Positions 1-10,617 of a DNA stretch of 64,000 bases are shown here, one piece after another (within the stretch, counting starts at the first letter, position 1; every line of letters starts with the position of its first letter). The stretch comes from Clostridia bacterium (GTDB taxonomy: Bacteria > Bacillota > Clostridia > UMGS1840), in contig JAGAKI010000043.1 in the NCBI GenBank assembly GCA_017625695.1, positions 7,378 through 71,377 on the forward strand, read 5' to 3'. Under the pieces are notes generated by a model, which was given only the letters and a program-made list of their open reading frames with translations, had not been told where the DNA came from and ran no database searches. The position numbers were made by a program, and so were the translations under genes.

Positions 1-183
1 AAAGAATATTTTAAAAGTTTGGTGAATGTTTGCACCTGCCCACCGGAGTTCCCTGTATGTGTGTGCAACAAAAAAACACTGGCGAAAATTATTACCAAAA
101 AGCCCATTCTTCCTTCCGAACAAGAAATGGAAGAAAATCCCCGCAGCAAATCAGCAAAACTGAGAATTTTAGAAAAATTGTAG
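1..183 (+). CDS. rsmH: 16S rRNA (cytosine1402-N4)-methyltransferase RsmH, C-terminal fragment (5' end outside window)
   Basis: Frame 1 reads ...[50 protein letters not shown] with stop TAG at 181-183. This is the typical RsmH C-terminal motif, and the position just upstream of ftsL/PBP is the canonical one. Confidence 0.75.
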   Translation, partial: KEYFKSLVNVCTCPPEFPVCVCNKKTLAKIITKKPILPSEQEMEENPRSKSAKLRILEKL

Positions 184-226
184 GAATGATAGATTCCTAT
201 TATATAATTAGTAAAGGAGGCGCACC

Positions 227-694
227 ATGGCACAGGAAAATCTTGCCTATCAGAGCAAGCGACAACAAGAAGCTCTGACTCACGACATCAGACCTGTCAT
301 TGAAAAACGACGGGCAAAAGAAAAACGTTTGTCTCACCTGCGGGTTGCAGTTGTCATCGCATTTTTCATCCTGGGCGGAATTTCATTAATTCTGCAAAAC
401 GTGCATATTACCGAACAAAGTAAAAAGAACGCCTCCCTGAAAGCCGAATACGCAGAACTCTATTCTGCCAACAAGAAAAAAGAAATCGAAATCAATCAAA
501 AAATTGATTTGAAAACCGTAGAAGAACTTGCGATTGCAAGCTACAATATGAACCGGGCAAGAAGCGAACAAATTGTGTACATTGATGTTAAAGGACAAGA
601 CTACGGAGTGATGGCAAAAACCGCTCCCAAGGAAGAAGAATATTCTCAGAAAATCCGTGTACAAAACGGTCTGGTAGCATATTTGGAAGAATAG
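227..694 (+). CDS. ftsL: FtsL-like cell division protein (septum formation initiator type, single TM plus coiled coil)
   Basis: 155 aa. Strong RBS AAAGGAGG lies 6 nt upstream of the ATG. It has a basic N-terminus, one TM segment (VAVVIAFFILGGISLIL), then a K/E-rich helix. It sits between rsmH and the PBP gene. Confidence 0.6.
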   Translation: MAQENLAYQSKRQQEALTHDIRPVIEKRRAKEKRLSHLRVAVVIAFFILGGISLILQNVHITEQSKKNASLKAEYAELYSANKKKEIEINQKIDLKTVEELAIASYNMNRARSEQIVYIDVKGQDYGVMAKTAPKEEEYSQKIRVQNGLVAYLEE

Positions 695-782
695 AAGAAT
701 AGGATAGATTGAGGGATGGGTTCATTCCTCAATTTTCCATATATTCCCCTTGAAATTTCCACCGAAAAAAGGAAGAAATCCC

Positions 783-2978
783 ATGAAAAAGAACAGCATG
801 TTAAAAACTAAAAAACGAATTTTATGGCTGAGCGGCATCCTTTTAGTCTGCTTTGCATTTTTTGTGGTGCGAATTTCCATTATTCAGTTTGTAGATGGGG
901 AATGGCTGTCCAAAGAAGCCATCGAACAGCAAACCAGAGACCGTATGATTAACGCCAAACGTGGCACCATCTACGACAGAAACGGAAAACAACTGGCAGT
1001 CAGCGCCGATGTGGAAACCGTCAGCATTTCTCCCATTACCGTGCGTTCTGACGGCGACCCTGTGACCTGTGCAGAAAAACTGTCAGAAATTTTAGGGTTA
1101 GAAAAAGAATCCATTATGGAAAAAATCCAGATGAATACTTCCTATGTGCTGATTAAACGAAAAGTTGAAAAAGAACAGGCAGATGCTATCCGTGCCGCAG
1201 AACTGACAGGTGTATACTTGGATGCCGACACCAAACGGTATTACCCCTACAACAATATCGCCTCCCACATCATTGGATTTACCGGGGCAGACAATCAGGG
1301 ACTCTTGGGAATTGAACAGGTATATGACAACGTGTTGAAAGGTCAATATGGCAGGATTGTTACCGCAAGAAACGCAGACGGTACTGAAATGCCCTATAAA
1401 TATGACCGTTATTATACGCCGGAGGACGGCTCAGATATTACCCTGACCATCGATGTTTCCATTCAGCATTTTTTAGAAAAACATTTAGAACAGGCATTGA
1501 CTGATTTACAGTTGGGCAACGGTGCTGCAGGAATTATTATGGACGTCAAAACCGGAGAAATTCTGGCGATGGCAACCAAACCCGACTTTAATCTGAATGA
1601 GCCTTTTGAAATCACCGATATCTCAGTAAAACGCTCCATCGACGCTATGACAGATGCAGAAGAAAAAAGCAAAGCAACCAATGCATTTCTCAATAAGCTT
1701 TGGAGAAACAAAGCAGTCATTGATAACTATGAACCCGGTTCCACCTTTAAAATCATCACCTCTGCAATGGCATTGGAAGAAAATGTAGTTTCCCTGCAGG
1801 ACGGCTTTACCTGTACAGGAAGCTATAAAGTGGCCAACGAAACCATTGGTTGTTGGAAACATGCCGGTCACGGAACATTGGATTTAACCGGAGCCCTGAT
1901 GAATTCCTGTAACCCTGCCTTTATGCAGATTGGTGCAAGAATCGGACAGACAACGTTCTACAACTACTACAAAGGCTTTGGCTTTACCGAAAAAACCGGA
2001 ATTGAACTGTATGGAGAAACCCACGGTCAGTTCTATCCCGAAGGCAGTTTCAACGAAGTGGAACTGGCAACTGCCTCCTTCGGTCAGGGACCTACCGTAA
2101 CCCCCTTACAGATGATTACTGCAATCAGCGCCGTTGCAAATGACGGAAAACTGTTAAAACCCCATCTGATTAAAAACATCACCGATTCCAGCGGAACTGT
2201 GATTCAATCTTTCGATACAACCGAAGTTCGTCAGGTAGTATCTGCACAGACTTCTCAGATTATGAGAGGTTTGATGGAAGCCGTAGTTTCCGAAGGTACC
2301 GGAAACAAAGCTCAGCTGGAAGGCTTCCGTATCGGCGGAAAAACCGGTACCAGCGAAAAACTTCCCCGCGGAAGCCAGAAATACGTAGCCTCCTTCGCAG
2401 GGATTGCTCCGGCAAATGACCCTCAGGTTGCCATCCTGCTTCTGTTGGATGAACCTCCGGTGGGTAACCATATGGGTGGTACCATCGCTTCCCCGCTGGC
2501 TGCCAAAATTTTAGATGATGTTCTTCGCTATTTAGATATTGAACCCGAACTGCCAGGCGACCAGATGTCAGAAGGCGATGCCCAGGTTCCCGCAGTAAGC
2601 GGAATGGAACTTTCTGAAGCACGCCAGGTAATCTCTCAGAATGGTCTGCGCTGTGTGGTAGAAGGAAACGGCAATGTGGTCACAGCACAGGTCCCCAATC
2701 CGGGCGTTGTCATTGCCCGAAACGGTACGGTCATTGTTTATACCGGTGATGCCAGACCCTCCAACAGCGTGGAGGTTCCCAACGTGGTAGGAAAAAGCTT
2801 TGAAGAAGCAAAATCCATCCTGGAAACTGCAAAATTTCAGTTCCACGCCGTTGGCATCGAAAACACCACACAAAACGCAATCGCACAAAGTCAAAGTGTT
2901 GCTGCCGGTGAATTTGCCACCATCGGTTCGGAAATTACCGTCCAGTTTTCTTATCAAAATCAAACTCAGCCCGAATAA
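783..2978 (+). CDS. Class B penicillin-binding protein (FtsI/PBP2B/SpoVD family) with two C-terminal PASTA domains
   Basis: Transpeptidase motifs are present: STFK (GSTFKII), SxN (NSCNPAF) and KTG (GGKTGTSE). Two PASTA-like repeats sit at the C-terminus. The ATG at 783 has RBS AAGGAAG; the TTG at 750 in the ORF track has none. Confidence 0.9.
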   Translation: MKKNSMLKTKKRILWLSGILLVCFAFFVVRISIIQFVDGEWLSKEAIEQQTRDRMINAKRGTIYDRNGKQLAVSADVETVSISPITVRSDGDPVTCAEKLSEILGLEKESIMEKIQMNTSYVLIKRKVEKEQADAIRAAELTGVYLDADTKRYYPYNNIASHIIGFTGADNQGLLGIEQVYDNVLKGQYGRIVTARNADGTEMPYKYDRYYTPEDGSDITLTIDVSIQHFLEKHLEQALTDLQLGNGAAGIIMDVKTGEILAMATKPDFNLNEPFEITDISVKRSIDAMTDAEEKSKATNAFLNKLWRNKAVIDNYEPGSTFKIITSAMALEENVVSLQDGFTCTGSYKVANETIGCWKHAGHGTLDLTGALMNSCNPAFMQIGARIGQTTFYNYYKGFGFTEKTGIELYGETHGQFYPEGSFNEVELATASFGQGPTVTPLQMITAISAVANDGKLLKPHLIKNITDSSGTVIQSFDTTEVRQVVSAQTSQIMRGLMEAVVSEGTGNKAQLEGFRIGGKTGTSEKLPRGSQKYVASFAGIAPANDPQVAILLLLDEPPVGNHMGGTIASPLAAKILDDVLRYLDIEPELPGDQMSEGDAQVPAVSGMELSEARQVISQNGLRCVVEGNGNVVTAQVPNPGVVIARNGTVIVYTGDARPSNSVEVPNVVGKSFEEAKSILETAKFQFHAVGIENTTQNAIAQSQSVAAGEFATIGSEITVQFSYQNQTQPE

Positions 2979-2995
2979 GAAAGTCGAGGAATACT

Positions 2996-4441
2996 ATGCT
3001 GTTATCTGAATTACGAAATAATCTCACCCTGCTGGCACAAAGCCATCCGGATGAAGTTTTACAAGAAACCGAAATCACAAATATTTCCTTTGATACCCGA
3101 ACCGTAACCCAAGGAAGCCTGTTTGTGTGCATCAAAGGAATTCGTTCCGACCGACACGAATATATCCAAGAAGCCATTGAAAAAGGTGCAGTCGCAATCG
3201 TATCGGAATATTCTATTGATACCAAAGATGCCATCAATCTCGTGGTAGAAAACACCAATACGGCCCTGTCTTATTTATCAGCAGCTTTTTACAACAATCC
3301 ACAGAATAAACTTCGTGTGGTCGGTGTCACCGGTACCAACGGCAAAACCACCGTTACCAATCTGGTAAAAAATATGCTGGAAGTATGTGGCTACAAAGTA
3401 GGCTTAATCGGTACCAACGAAATCGTGATTGATAAAACCTCCTACCCTGCCAACGCAACCACTCCCGAAGCACCGGAGTTATTCTCCTACCTTGGCAAAA
3501 TGGCTGAGGAAAACTGCGACTTTGCTGTAATGGAGGTTTCTTCTCATTCGGTAAGCTTAGGCAGAGTTGCCGCTATTTCCTTTGAAATCGGGGTATTCAC
3601 CAATTTAACACAAGATCATTTAGATTATCATATTACGATGGAAAACTACGCCAATGCCAAAGCAGAATTTTTCCGTCAATGCAAAACCTCTGTCATTAAC
3701 GCTGACAGCCCCTACGCCGAAATCATGAAAGCACAGGCAGCAGACACGGTAATTACCTACGGCATCAACGAAGCGTGCGACTATCGGGCAAGTGAAATCG
3801 AAGCCCGGGCAGACGGCGTGTCCTATACCGTACTCTGTGACAAAGATCCCTTCCGCATCAACTTCCCCATTCCCGGCGGATTTTCTGTTTATAATTCTCT
3901 GGCAGTCTGCGCCTTATCCGGTGCTCTCTCAATTCCCGACGGATTTGTCCGTATGGCACTAAAAAAAACAAAAACAGTCAAAGGAAGATGTGAACTGGTG
4001 GAAATCGATAAACCCTATCAGGTGATGATTGATTTTGCCCACACACCTGACGGAATGGAAAACATTCTATCCACCGTAAACGAGTTTAAGCCTGCCCGTT
4101 TGATTACCGTATTTGGTTGTGGCGGTGACCGTGACAAAGGAAAACGTCCGAAGATGGGTGCTATTGCAAAAAAATATTCCGATTTGGTGGTAGTTACCAG
4201 CGATAACCCCCGCAGCGAAAATATGAATGCGATTATTGAAGATATTTTAGCGGGAATTAGTGACCTCACCAATGTCTACTCCGAGCCTGACCGTAAAAAA
4301 GCCATCGGTCTGGCAATGAGCCTTGCACAGGAAAAAGATATCATCCTTTTGTTGGGCAAAGGTCACGAAATGGTGCAAAAATTTAAAGATTACGAAATCG
4401 AATTTGACGAAAGAGAAGTTGTGAAATCATTATGCAATTAA
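2996..4441 (+). CDS. murE: UDP-N-acetylmuramoyl-L-alanyl-D-glutamate--2,6-diaminopimelate ligase
   Basis: Mur ligase P-loop GVTGTNGKTT, the DNPR motif (TSDNPRSE), and dcw synteny. Confidence 0.9.
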   Translation: MLLSELRNNLTLLAQSHPDEVLQETEITNISFDTRTVTQGSLFVCIKGIRSDRHEYIQEAIEKGAVAIVSEYSIDTKDAINLVVENTNTALSYLSAAFYNNPQNKLRVVGVTGTNGKTTVTNLVKNMLEVCGYKVGLIGTNEIVIDKTSYPANATTPEAPELFSYLGKMAEENCDFAVMEVSSHSVSLGRVAAISFEIGVFTNLTQDHLDYHITMENYANAKAEFFRQCKTSVINADSPYAEIMKAQAADTVITYGINEACDYRASEIEARADGVSYTVLCDKDPFRINFPIPGGFSVYNSLAVCALSGALSIPDGFVRMALKKTKTVKGRCELVEIDKPYQVMIDFAHTPDGMENILSTVNEFKPARLITVFGCGGDRDKGKRPKMGAIAKKYSDLVVVTSDNPRSENMNAIIEDILAGISDLTNVYSEPDRKKAIGLAMSLAQEKDIILLLGKGHEMVQKFKDYEIEFDEREVVKSLCN

Positions 4442-5787
4442 CAGTTGGACAATTATTGGAAGCGGTAAACGGCACTCTCTTATACGGAAACCGGGAATCT
4501 ACCTTCCGCTATGTATGTACCGACAGCCGTCAGGCAATGACCACCGAGCTGTTTATTCCTCTGGTGGGCGAAGTGCATGATGGACATCAATATCTGAAAA
4601 ACGCCGTAGCTAACGGTGCCGCAGGCTTTCTGACACAAACCGAAGCCGTTCCTGAGAATGCCGGATTTGCAGTATTGGTGGAAGATACCACCAAAGCGTT
4701 GGGACAGCTTGCTTCCTATGTACGGGACCAACTGGATGTCACCGTCATCGGAATCACCGGAAGTGTGGGAAAAACCACAACCCGTCAGTTTGTGGCATCT
4801 GTGGTATCCCAACTGGGAAAAACCCTGGCAACCTCCGGCAACTTCAACAATCACATTGGTCTTCCTCTCACGATTTTAAAGGCAGAGGGTGACGAAAAAT
4901 ATCTGGTGTTGGAAATGGGAATGAACCACTTAGGAGAAATCTCCTACCTTTCCCGGATTGCAAAGCCGGACATTGGCATCATTACCATGATTGGAACTTC
5001 TCATATTGAATATTTGGGAAGCCGTGAGAATATTTTAAAAGCAAAAATGGAAATTACAGACGGAATGAACGACAAGGGCATTCTGCTGTTGCACGGCGAC
5101 AACGATTTATTATCCCAAGCATCCACCGAAAAACAGGTGTATTACTTCGGAGAAACCAATGCTCGCTATCCCTACCGGGTAGTTTCCGAAGACGGCGTCT
5201 TTTGGATGGACGAAGCTACCTACGAAATTCCCATTACGGGAATTCACAACATTCAGAATGCAAGTGCTGCTGTCCTGTTAGGAAAACTGTTGGGCGCAAC
5301 TCCGAAAGAAATTCAAAGCGGACTGTCCGCGTTTCAATCGGTAGGACTCCGTCAAAAAACAGAAACTCTTGGGGAAATCCAGGTGATTTTAGACTGTTAC
5401 AACGCTTCGGCAGATTCCGACAAAGCAGCTCTCAGAGTTCTTGGCAAAACCAAAGGACAAAGAAAAATCGCCGTTTTAGGCCCTATCGGAGAGTTGGGCG
5501 AATTTCAGTCTTCCATTTTACAGGAAGTGGGCGAAGCAGTACAAGAAAATCAGATTGACAAACTGGTTTGCGTGGAAGAAGCTTCCCATTGGATTCAGAT
5601 CGGTGCCATGGATGCCGGAATGAATCCCGAAGATATTGTTTTTTGTCCCAATCGGGAAGAATTCATCCAAAAAACATACAACTTATGGGCAGCGGGAGAT
5701 GTGGTGTTATTCAAAGCCTCCCGTGCATACCGTTTGGAAGAACTGTATGAAAATCTAAAGCAATTTCTATCAGATAACAAGGAGTGA
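4432..5787 (+). CDS. murF: UDP-N-acetylmuramoyl-tripeptide--D-alanyl-D-alanine ligase
   Basis: Mur ligase P-loop GITGSVGKTTT, MurF-like length (451 aa), and a 10-nt overlap with the murE stop. Confidence 0.9.
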   Translation: MQLTVGQLLEAVNGTLLYGNRESTFRYVCTDSRQAMTTELFIPLVGEVHDGHQYLKNAVANGAAGFLTQTEAVPENAGFAVLVEDTTKALGQLASYVRDQLDVTVIGITGSVGKTTTRQFVASVVSQLGKTLATSGNFNNHIGLPLTILKAEGDEKYLVLEMGMNHLGEISYLSRIAKPDIGIITMIGTSHIEYLGSRENILKAKMEITDGMNDKGILLLHGDNDLLSQASTEKQVYYFGETNARYPYRVVSEDGVFWMDEATYEIPITGIHNIQNASAAVLLGKLLGATPKEIQSGLSAFQSVGLRQKTETLGEIQVILDCYNASADSDKAALRVLGKTKGQRKIAVLGPIGELGEFQSSILQEVGEAVQENQIDKLVCVEEASHWIQIGAMDAGMNPEDIVFCPNREEFIQKTYNLWAAGDVVLFKASRAYRLEELYENLKQFLSDNKE

Positions 5788-5792
5788 AACCT

Positions 5793-6755
5793 ATGGAAAT
5801 CCCAATGCAGGCAGCACTGTGTGCCATCATCGGATTCATTGTAAGTGCCGTTTCCGGTCCCCTTTTGATTCCGGTCTTAAGAAAACTGAAATTTGGACAA
5901 CAGATTTTAGAAGTTGGTCCCAACTGGCATAAATCAAAAGCCGGAACCCCCACCATGGGCGGAATTATTTTCATTTTAGGTGTCACGGTTGTCAGCCTGA
6001 TTTTCATCCGTGATTTAAAAGGTCTGTTTGTGGCACTATTTGCCCTCTCTTGTGGTCTGATCGGCTTTTTAGACGATTATATTAAAGTAGTAAAGAAACG
6101 GAATTTAGGTCTTAGTGCCATGTGGAAAGTAATTCTGATGCTGTTGGTCAGCACCATATTTTCCGTAGCCGGAATCGAACTTGGTGTTGTAAAAACCACC
6201 CTTTGGATTCCCTTTACCGAAATTCACCTGGAATTATCTTATTACATCAGTATTTTACTGGTATTTATGATGATTGGCTTTATCAACGCCGTAAATCTGA
6301 CCGACGGAATCGACGGATTGGCAGGCTCAGTTACCTTTGTAGTGAGTCTGTTTTTCACCCTGGCATCTATGGTAGCACTCTCTGCAGGAATGACCGCATT
6401 TTCCGCAGGTCTGTGCGGTGCATTGTGCGGATTTTTAATCTACAATCTCCATCCGGCAAAAGTATTTATGGGAGATACCGGTTCCTTGTTTTTGGGCGGT
6501 GCGGTGATTGCACTGGCTATCTTAAACGATATGCCGCTGATGATTCTCATTGTGGGGATTGTGTATCTGATTGAAGCCTTTTCCGTAATGCTTCAGGTAA
6601 GCTATTTTAAGCTGACCAAAGGCAAACGTATCTTCAAAATGACCCCCATCCATCACCATTTTGAACTGTCAGGCTATTCTGAAAACCGCATTGTTCTGTT
6701 GTTTTCCGCCGTTACCTTAGTAGGTGCGGTGATTGCCTTTTTATCGTTGGTATAG
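5793..6755 (+). CDS. mraY: Phospho-N-acetylmuramoyl-pentapeptide transferase
   Basis: Polytopic membrane protein with MraY motifs (KxGTPTMGG, NLTDGIDGLA, HHHFE). The ATG at 5793 lies 8 nt after AAGGAG. The GTG at 5784 in the ORF track has no spacer to that RBS. Confidence 0.92.
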   Translation: MEIPMQAALCAIIGFIVSAVSGPLLIPVLRKLKFGQQILEVGPNWHKSKAGTPTMGGIIFILGVTVVSLIFIRDLKGLFVALFALSCGLIGFLDDYIKVVKKRNLGLSAMWKVILMLLVSTIFSVAGIELGVVKTTLWIPFTEIHLELSYYISILLVFMMIGFINAVNLTDGIDGLAGSVTFVVSLFFTLASMVALSAGMTAFSAGLCGALCGFLIYNLHPAKVFMGDTGSLFLGGAVIALAILNDMPLMILIVGIVYLIEAFSVMLQVSYFKLTKGKRIFKMTPIHHHFELSGYSENRIVLLFSAVTLVGAVIAFLSLV

Positions 6756-6972
6756 CCTTAACAAACAACACCGAAAGTGCCTCAAACGCCGAATTTTCGG
6801 CATCTTTTGGCTTGTCGTTCACAAAAGACGGTAATATTTCCGCATACTTTAACAATGAGTGAGATGAAATTTATAGTTTAAAATTATCGTTAGTGTCAGT
6901 CGTTAAGGCTACTCTAACTATCCTACAGAAAGGAACGCTTCCCCTCCATATTCGGGAACGGTGGCGTAAAGC

Positions 6973-8112
6973 GTGGCTATGAAACCCAAACTGAAACTCC
7001 GGTTTAACTGGCGTAATATTGACCCCATATTCTTAATGACATTACTGGCACTGACAGCCTACGGTCTGGTTATGGTATTTTCCGCATCAGCCCCCAGTGC
7101 TTTCTATATCCACAAAGACAGCATGTTCTTTTTCAAAAATCAAAGCATCTGGGCAATTGTGGGTCTTGTTGTCATGTTTGTTGTTTCAGGGATTGATTAT
7201 CGGATTATCAAAAAATTCGCACCCTTTATCTATGCCTTTTCTATGCTGATGCTTTTGGCAGTCTTGCTGTTCGGAACCACCATCAACGGAGCAAAGCGTT
7301 GGCTGGACCTTGGATTTTCCACCATTCAGCCGTCGGAATTTGCAAAAATCACAGTAGTTATGATGAGTGCCTGGGTGCTTTCCAAAGTCAATAAAATTGA
7401 TGTCAAAGAATCGATTCCTCATCTGATTATTACGGCTGCAATTGTGGGAATTGCCGGGATACTGTTATTACTTCAGCCTCACTTTTCCGCAGTATTGATT
7501 ATGGTATTGACCGTTGGTATTATGATGCTTGCAGCAGGAATTCCAATGCGAATCTTTTCCGTACTGGCAGCCTTGGCAGTAGCAGCAGGAACCGTATTTG
7601 CCATCATCGAACCCTACCGTATGCAACGTCTGGTTTCTTTCATAGATCCTTTCAAAGACAAAATGGGTGACGGATGGCAGGTAGTCCAATCGCTGTATGC
7701 CATCGGAAGCGGTGGATTTTCCGGTTTAGGACTGGGAAGAAGCCGTCAGAAGTTCTTATACATTCCCGAACCTCAGAACGATTTCATTTTCTCCATTATT
7801 TGTGAAGAACTTGGATTCTTAGGTGCTTTGGCAGTATTATTGTTATTTGGCATTTTGTTATATCGTGCAGTCCGGATTGCCTTAAAAGCTCCCGACCGCT
7901 ATTCTATGATTCTCACCTTTGGTCTGATTTCTCTGACCATTGTGCAGGTATTGTTAAACATCGGTGTTGCCACCTCTTCGGTACCGCCCACAGGAATTCC
8001 CTTGCCTTTCTTTTCTGCAGGAGGAACTTCATTTGTCTTTCAGATGATATCCATGGGGATGATTCTAAACATTTCCGGGCAACAAAAGGTTGAGGATGTT
8101 CCCCACATATAA
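6973..8112 (+). CDS. ftsW: SEDS-family peptidoglycan polymerase FtsW/SpoVE
   Basis: 10-TM SEDS protein (QPSEFAKI, PEPQNDFIFS, LPFFSAGGTS). The start is either GTG 6973 (8 nt after GGTGG) or ATG 6979. Confidence 0.9.
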   Translation: MAMKPKLKLRFNWRNIDPIFLMTLLALTAYGLVMVFSASAPSAFYIHKDSMFFFKNQSIWAIVGLVVMFVVSGIDYRIIKKFAPFIYAFSMLMLLAVLLFGTTINGAKRWLDLGFSTIQPSEFAKITVVMMSAWVLSKVNKIDVKESIPHLIITAAIVGIAGILLLLQPHFSAVLIMVLTVGIMMLAAGIPMRIFSVLAALAVAAGTVFAIIEPYRMQRLVSFIDPFKDKMGDGWQVVQSLYAIGSGGFSGLGLGRSRQKFLYIPEPQNDFIFSIICEELGFLGALAVLLLFGILLYRAVRIALKAPDRYSMILTFGLISLTIVQVLLNIGVATSSVPPTGIPLPFFSAGGTSFVFQMISMGMILNISGQQKVEDVPHI

Positions 8113-8137
8113 GCCGAATTTTACGTAGGAGGCATTT

Positions 8138-9235
8138 ATGAAAGTTCTGATTTCCGGCGGCGGAACTGCCGGACACATTAATCCAGCCATCGCTATCGGT
8201 ACCTACTTGGCAAAGCAAGGTGCCGACGTCATCTATGTTGGTTCTCATGGTGCTTTGGAAGAAAAACTGTACTCCAAAACCGGTTGTCCTTTTTATCAGT
8301 TTACTTCCAAAGGACTGGACAGAAAACACCTGTTTAAGAATTTTAAAATCTTGTCTACCGATTATCAGGCATACCGTCAGATTCAGGCGTTGGTCAACGA
8401 GTTTCAGCCGGATGTGGGTGTATCCACCGGCGGATACATCAGCGCAATGAGTATGTATGCCTTAAAGCAGAAAAACATCCCGTTTCTCATTCACGAACAA
8501 AATGCCTATCCCGGACTTACCACAAAGCTGTTAAGTCGATGGGCAAAAAGCTATGCCGTTGCGTTTCGGGAAGCAGTTTCTTATCTGAAATATCCCGACC
8601 GGGCAGTCCTCACCGGAAATCCCATCCGAAGCGAATTCGTTCTGACAGACCGGTCTATGGCTCGGCAAAAACTGGGAATTCCGGAAGATAGCAAAGTCGT
8701 CCTCTGCTTTGGCGGTAGCTTAGGTGCAAAAAAGCTCAACGAAGCAGTTGCAGGCATCATCCCGATGGCACAAAAGGACGGTATCACCCTGTTCATCGGA
8801 ACCGGGAGCCGTTATTATGACAGTTTTATCAAAGAAAACCAATCCAAAGTTACCGATCATAACCTGGTAAGGATTCAGAAATATATTGATGATATGCCCA
8901 CCGCCCTTGCCGCGTGTGACCTTGCCGTTACCCGTGCAGGTGCAATGACCATTTCCGAACTGTGTGCCGTATTAAAACCGGCAATCCTGATTCCCTCCCC
9001 TAACGTTACTGCCAATCATCAGGAAAAAAATGCACAAGCTATGGTTAATTGCGGCGGTGCTTTCAAAATCTCAGAAACCGAGCTTACTTCCAAGAATTTA
9101 TATAACTCCATGAAAAGTCTGTTGTCAGACGAGGACCGTTTACTGACCATGCAAACCCACTTGAAACCCCTTTCCATTACCGATGGGGACCGACGGATTG
9201 CAGAATTGGTACAACAAATCGCACATACAAAGTAA
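8138..9235 (+). CDS. murG: UDP-N-acetylglucosamine--N-acetylmuramyl-(pentapeptide) pyrophosphoryl-undecaprenol GlcNAc transferase
   Basis: N-terminal GGGTAGHINPA motif, GT28 architecture, RBS GGAGG. Confidence 0.9.
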   Translation: MKVLISGGGTAGHINPAIAIGTYLAKQGADVIYVGSHGALEEKLYSKTGCPFYQFTSKGLDRKHLFKNFKILSTDYQAYRQIQALVNEFQPDVGVSTGGYISAMSMYALKQKNIPFLIHEQNAYPGLTTKLLSRWAKSYAVAFREAVSYLKYPDRAVLTGNPIRSEFVLTDRSMARQKLGIPEDSKVVLCFGGSLGAKKLNEAVAGIIPMAQKDGITLFIGTGSRYYDSFIKENQSKVTDHNLVRIQKYIDDMPTALAACDLAVTRAGAMTISELCAVLKPAILIPSPNVTANHQEKNAQAMVNCGGAFKISETELTSKNLYNSMKSLLSDEDRLLTMQTHLKPLSITDGDRRIAELVQQIAHTK

Positions 9236-9291
9236 CAAAACACTACACCTTTCATATAATGGGAATATAAAAGGAAGGTGTTAAAAAAACT

Positions 9292-10617
9292 ATGAAATAC
9301 CTGATTGAAGGCGGAAACCGGCTGTCCGGCAGTATTCCTGTTTCCGGTTCCAAAAATGCAGTACTTCCCATTCTTGCCGCAACCATTATCACAGGAAAAA
9401 AAACAATTTTACATAATTGTCCTGATATTTCCGATGTACGCTGTACCATAGATATCTTAAGGCATCTTGGCTATGGCGTAGAACGTCAAAACGATACACT
9501 GATTGTAGATTCCACTTGCGAAGGGACTCCTCAGGTGCCACCGGAACTGATGCGAAAGCTTCGCTCCTCCATTATATTTTTAGGGGCATTTATCAATCGG
9601 TTCGGCTCGGCAAAAATTTCTTACCCCGGTGGATGTGAACTTGGCAAACGTCCTATTGATATTCATCTGGCAGTATTATCCGAAATGGGCGTTCAAATTC
9701 AGGAGGATGCCCAACACATCCTCTGTGATGCTCCCCGCTTAAAAGGGGGAGAATACCGTCTGTCCTTCCCCAGTGTAGGGGCTACCGAAAATGTTATGAT
9801 TGCATCTTTGATTGCAGACTGTCCCGTAACGGTGAAAAATCCGGCAAAAGAACCTGAAATTGTGGAACTGCAAAACTTTCTAAATGCTGCAGGTGCCAAC
9901 ATTTTGGGAGCAGGCACCGATACCATCCAGATTATCCCTCAAAAAACCTTCCACGACTGTGAATACACGGTCTGCTCTGACCGCATTGAAGCAGCGACCT
10001 ATATGTTCAGTGCTGCAGCAACCGGAAGTGTACTGACGCTGACCAACGCTCCCCTGCGGGATCTGAACAGAATCACGGCAACTTTGGAGGAAATGGGAGT
10101 GTATATTATTACAAAACGTCCTGATACCCTCACCGTGATTCCCCCAAAACGGCTGAAGCCTCTGAATTTGATTGCTACTATGCCACACCCTGGATTTCCC
10201 ACAGATGCCCAGGCGATTCTGATGGCATCTCTTCTGAAAGCTGACGGTACCAGTATGATTGTGGAAAATATTTTTGAAAACCGCTACAACCATGTCAGTG
10301 AATTTTTAAAAATGGGAGCAGAAATTTCAGTTTCAGGCAACACGGCAACCATAAGGGGCGTAAATCATCTTCAGGGGACCACCGTATACGCCAAAGACCT
10401 CCGGGCAGGTGCCGCATTGGTAATCGCTGCACTTTCTGCCAGAGGAACCACCGTCATTCACGATGTGCATCACATTTCCCGTGGCTATGAAAATATGATC
10501 GGTAAACTCCAGGCAGTGGGTGCAAAAGCAAGAATTGTTTCCGATACGGAACCAAATACCATGGAGTTTCGTCAAATCTTACCAAACGAAACAACGTTTC
10601 ATTCCTTAACGCAATAA
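9292..10617 (+). CDS. murA: UDP-N-acetylglucosamine 1-carboxyvinyltransferase
   Basis: IEGGNRLSGSIPVSGSKNAVLPILAA N-terminus and a catalytic Cys loop (YPGGCELGKRPID). A roughly 25-aa C-terminal tail extends beyond the usual end. Confidence 0.88.
   Translation: MKYLIEGGNRLSGSIPVSGSKNAVLPILAATIITGKKTILHNCPDISDVRCTIDILRHLGYGVERQNDTLIVDSTCEGTPQVPPELMRKLRSSIIFLGAFINRFGSAKISYPGGCELGKRPIDIHLAVLSEMGVQIQEDAQHILCDAPRLKGGEYRLSFPSVGATENVMIASLIADCPVTVKNPAKEPEIVELQNFLNAAGANILGAGTDTIQIIPQKTFHDCEYTVCSDRIEAATYMFSAAATGSVLTLTNAPLRDLNRITATLEEMGVYIITKRPDTLTVIPPKRLKPLNLIATMPHPGFPTDAQAILMASLLKADGTSMIVENIFENRYNHVSEFLKMGAEISVSGNTATIRGVNHLQGTTVYAKDLRAGAALVIAALSARGTTVIHDVHHISRGYENMIGKLQAVGAKARIVSDTEPNTMEFRQILPNETTFHSLTQ

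Noticed and set aside
30-278. 82-aa + strand ORF from the track spanning the rsmH end and the ftsL start
   Set aside because: It overlaps the well-supported rsmH C-terminus (frame 1) and the ftsL-like gene, which has a strong RBS. It is a shadow frame.
6756-6972. A murD pseudogene remnant in the mraY-ftsW gap
   Set aside because: 218 nt is far too short. No frame gives Mur-ligase-like peptides (no GxxGKT-type motif), and stops occur in all frames.
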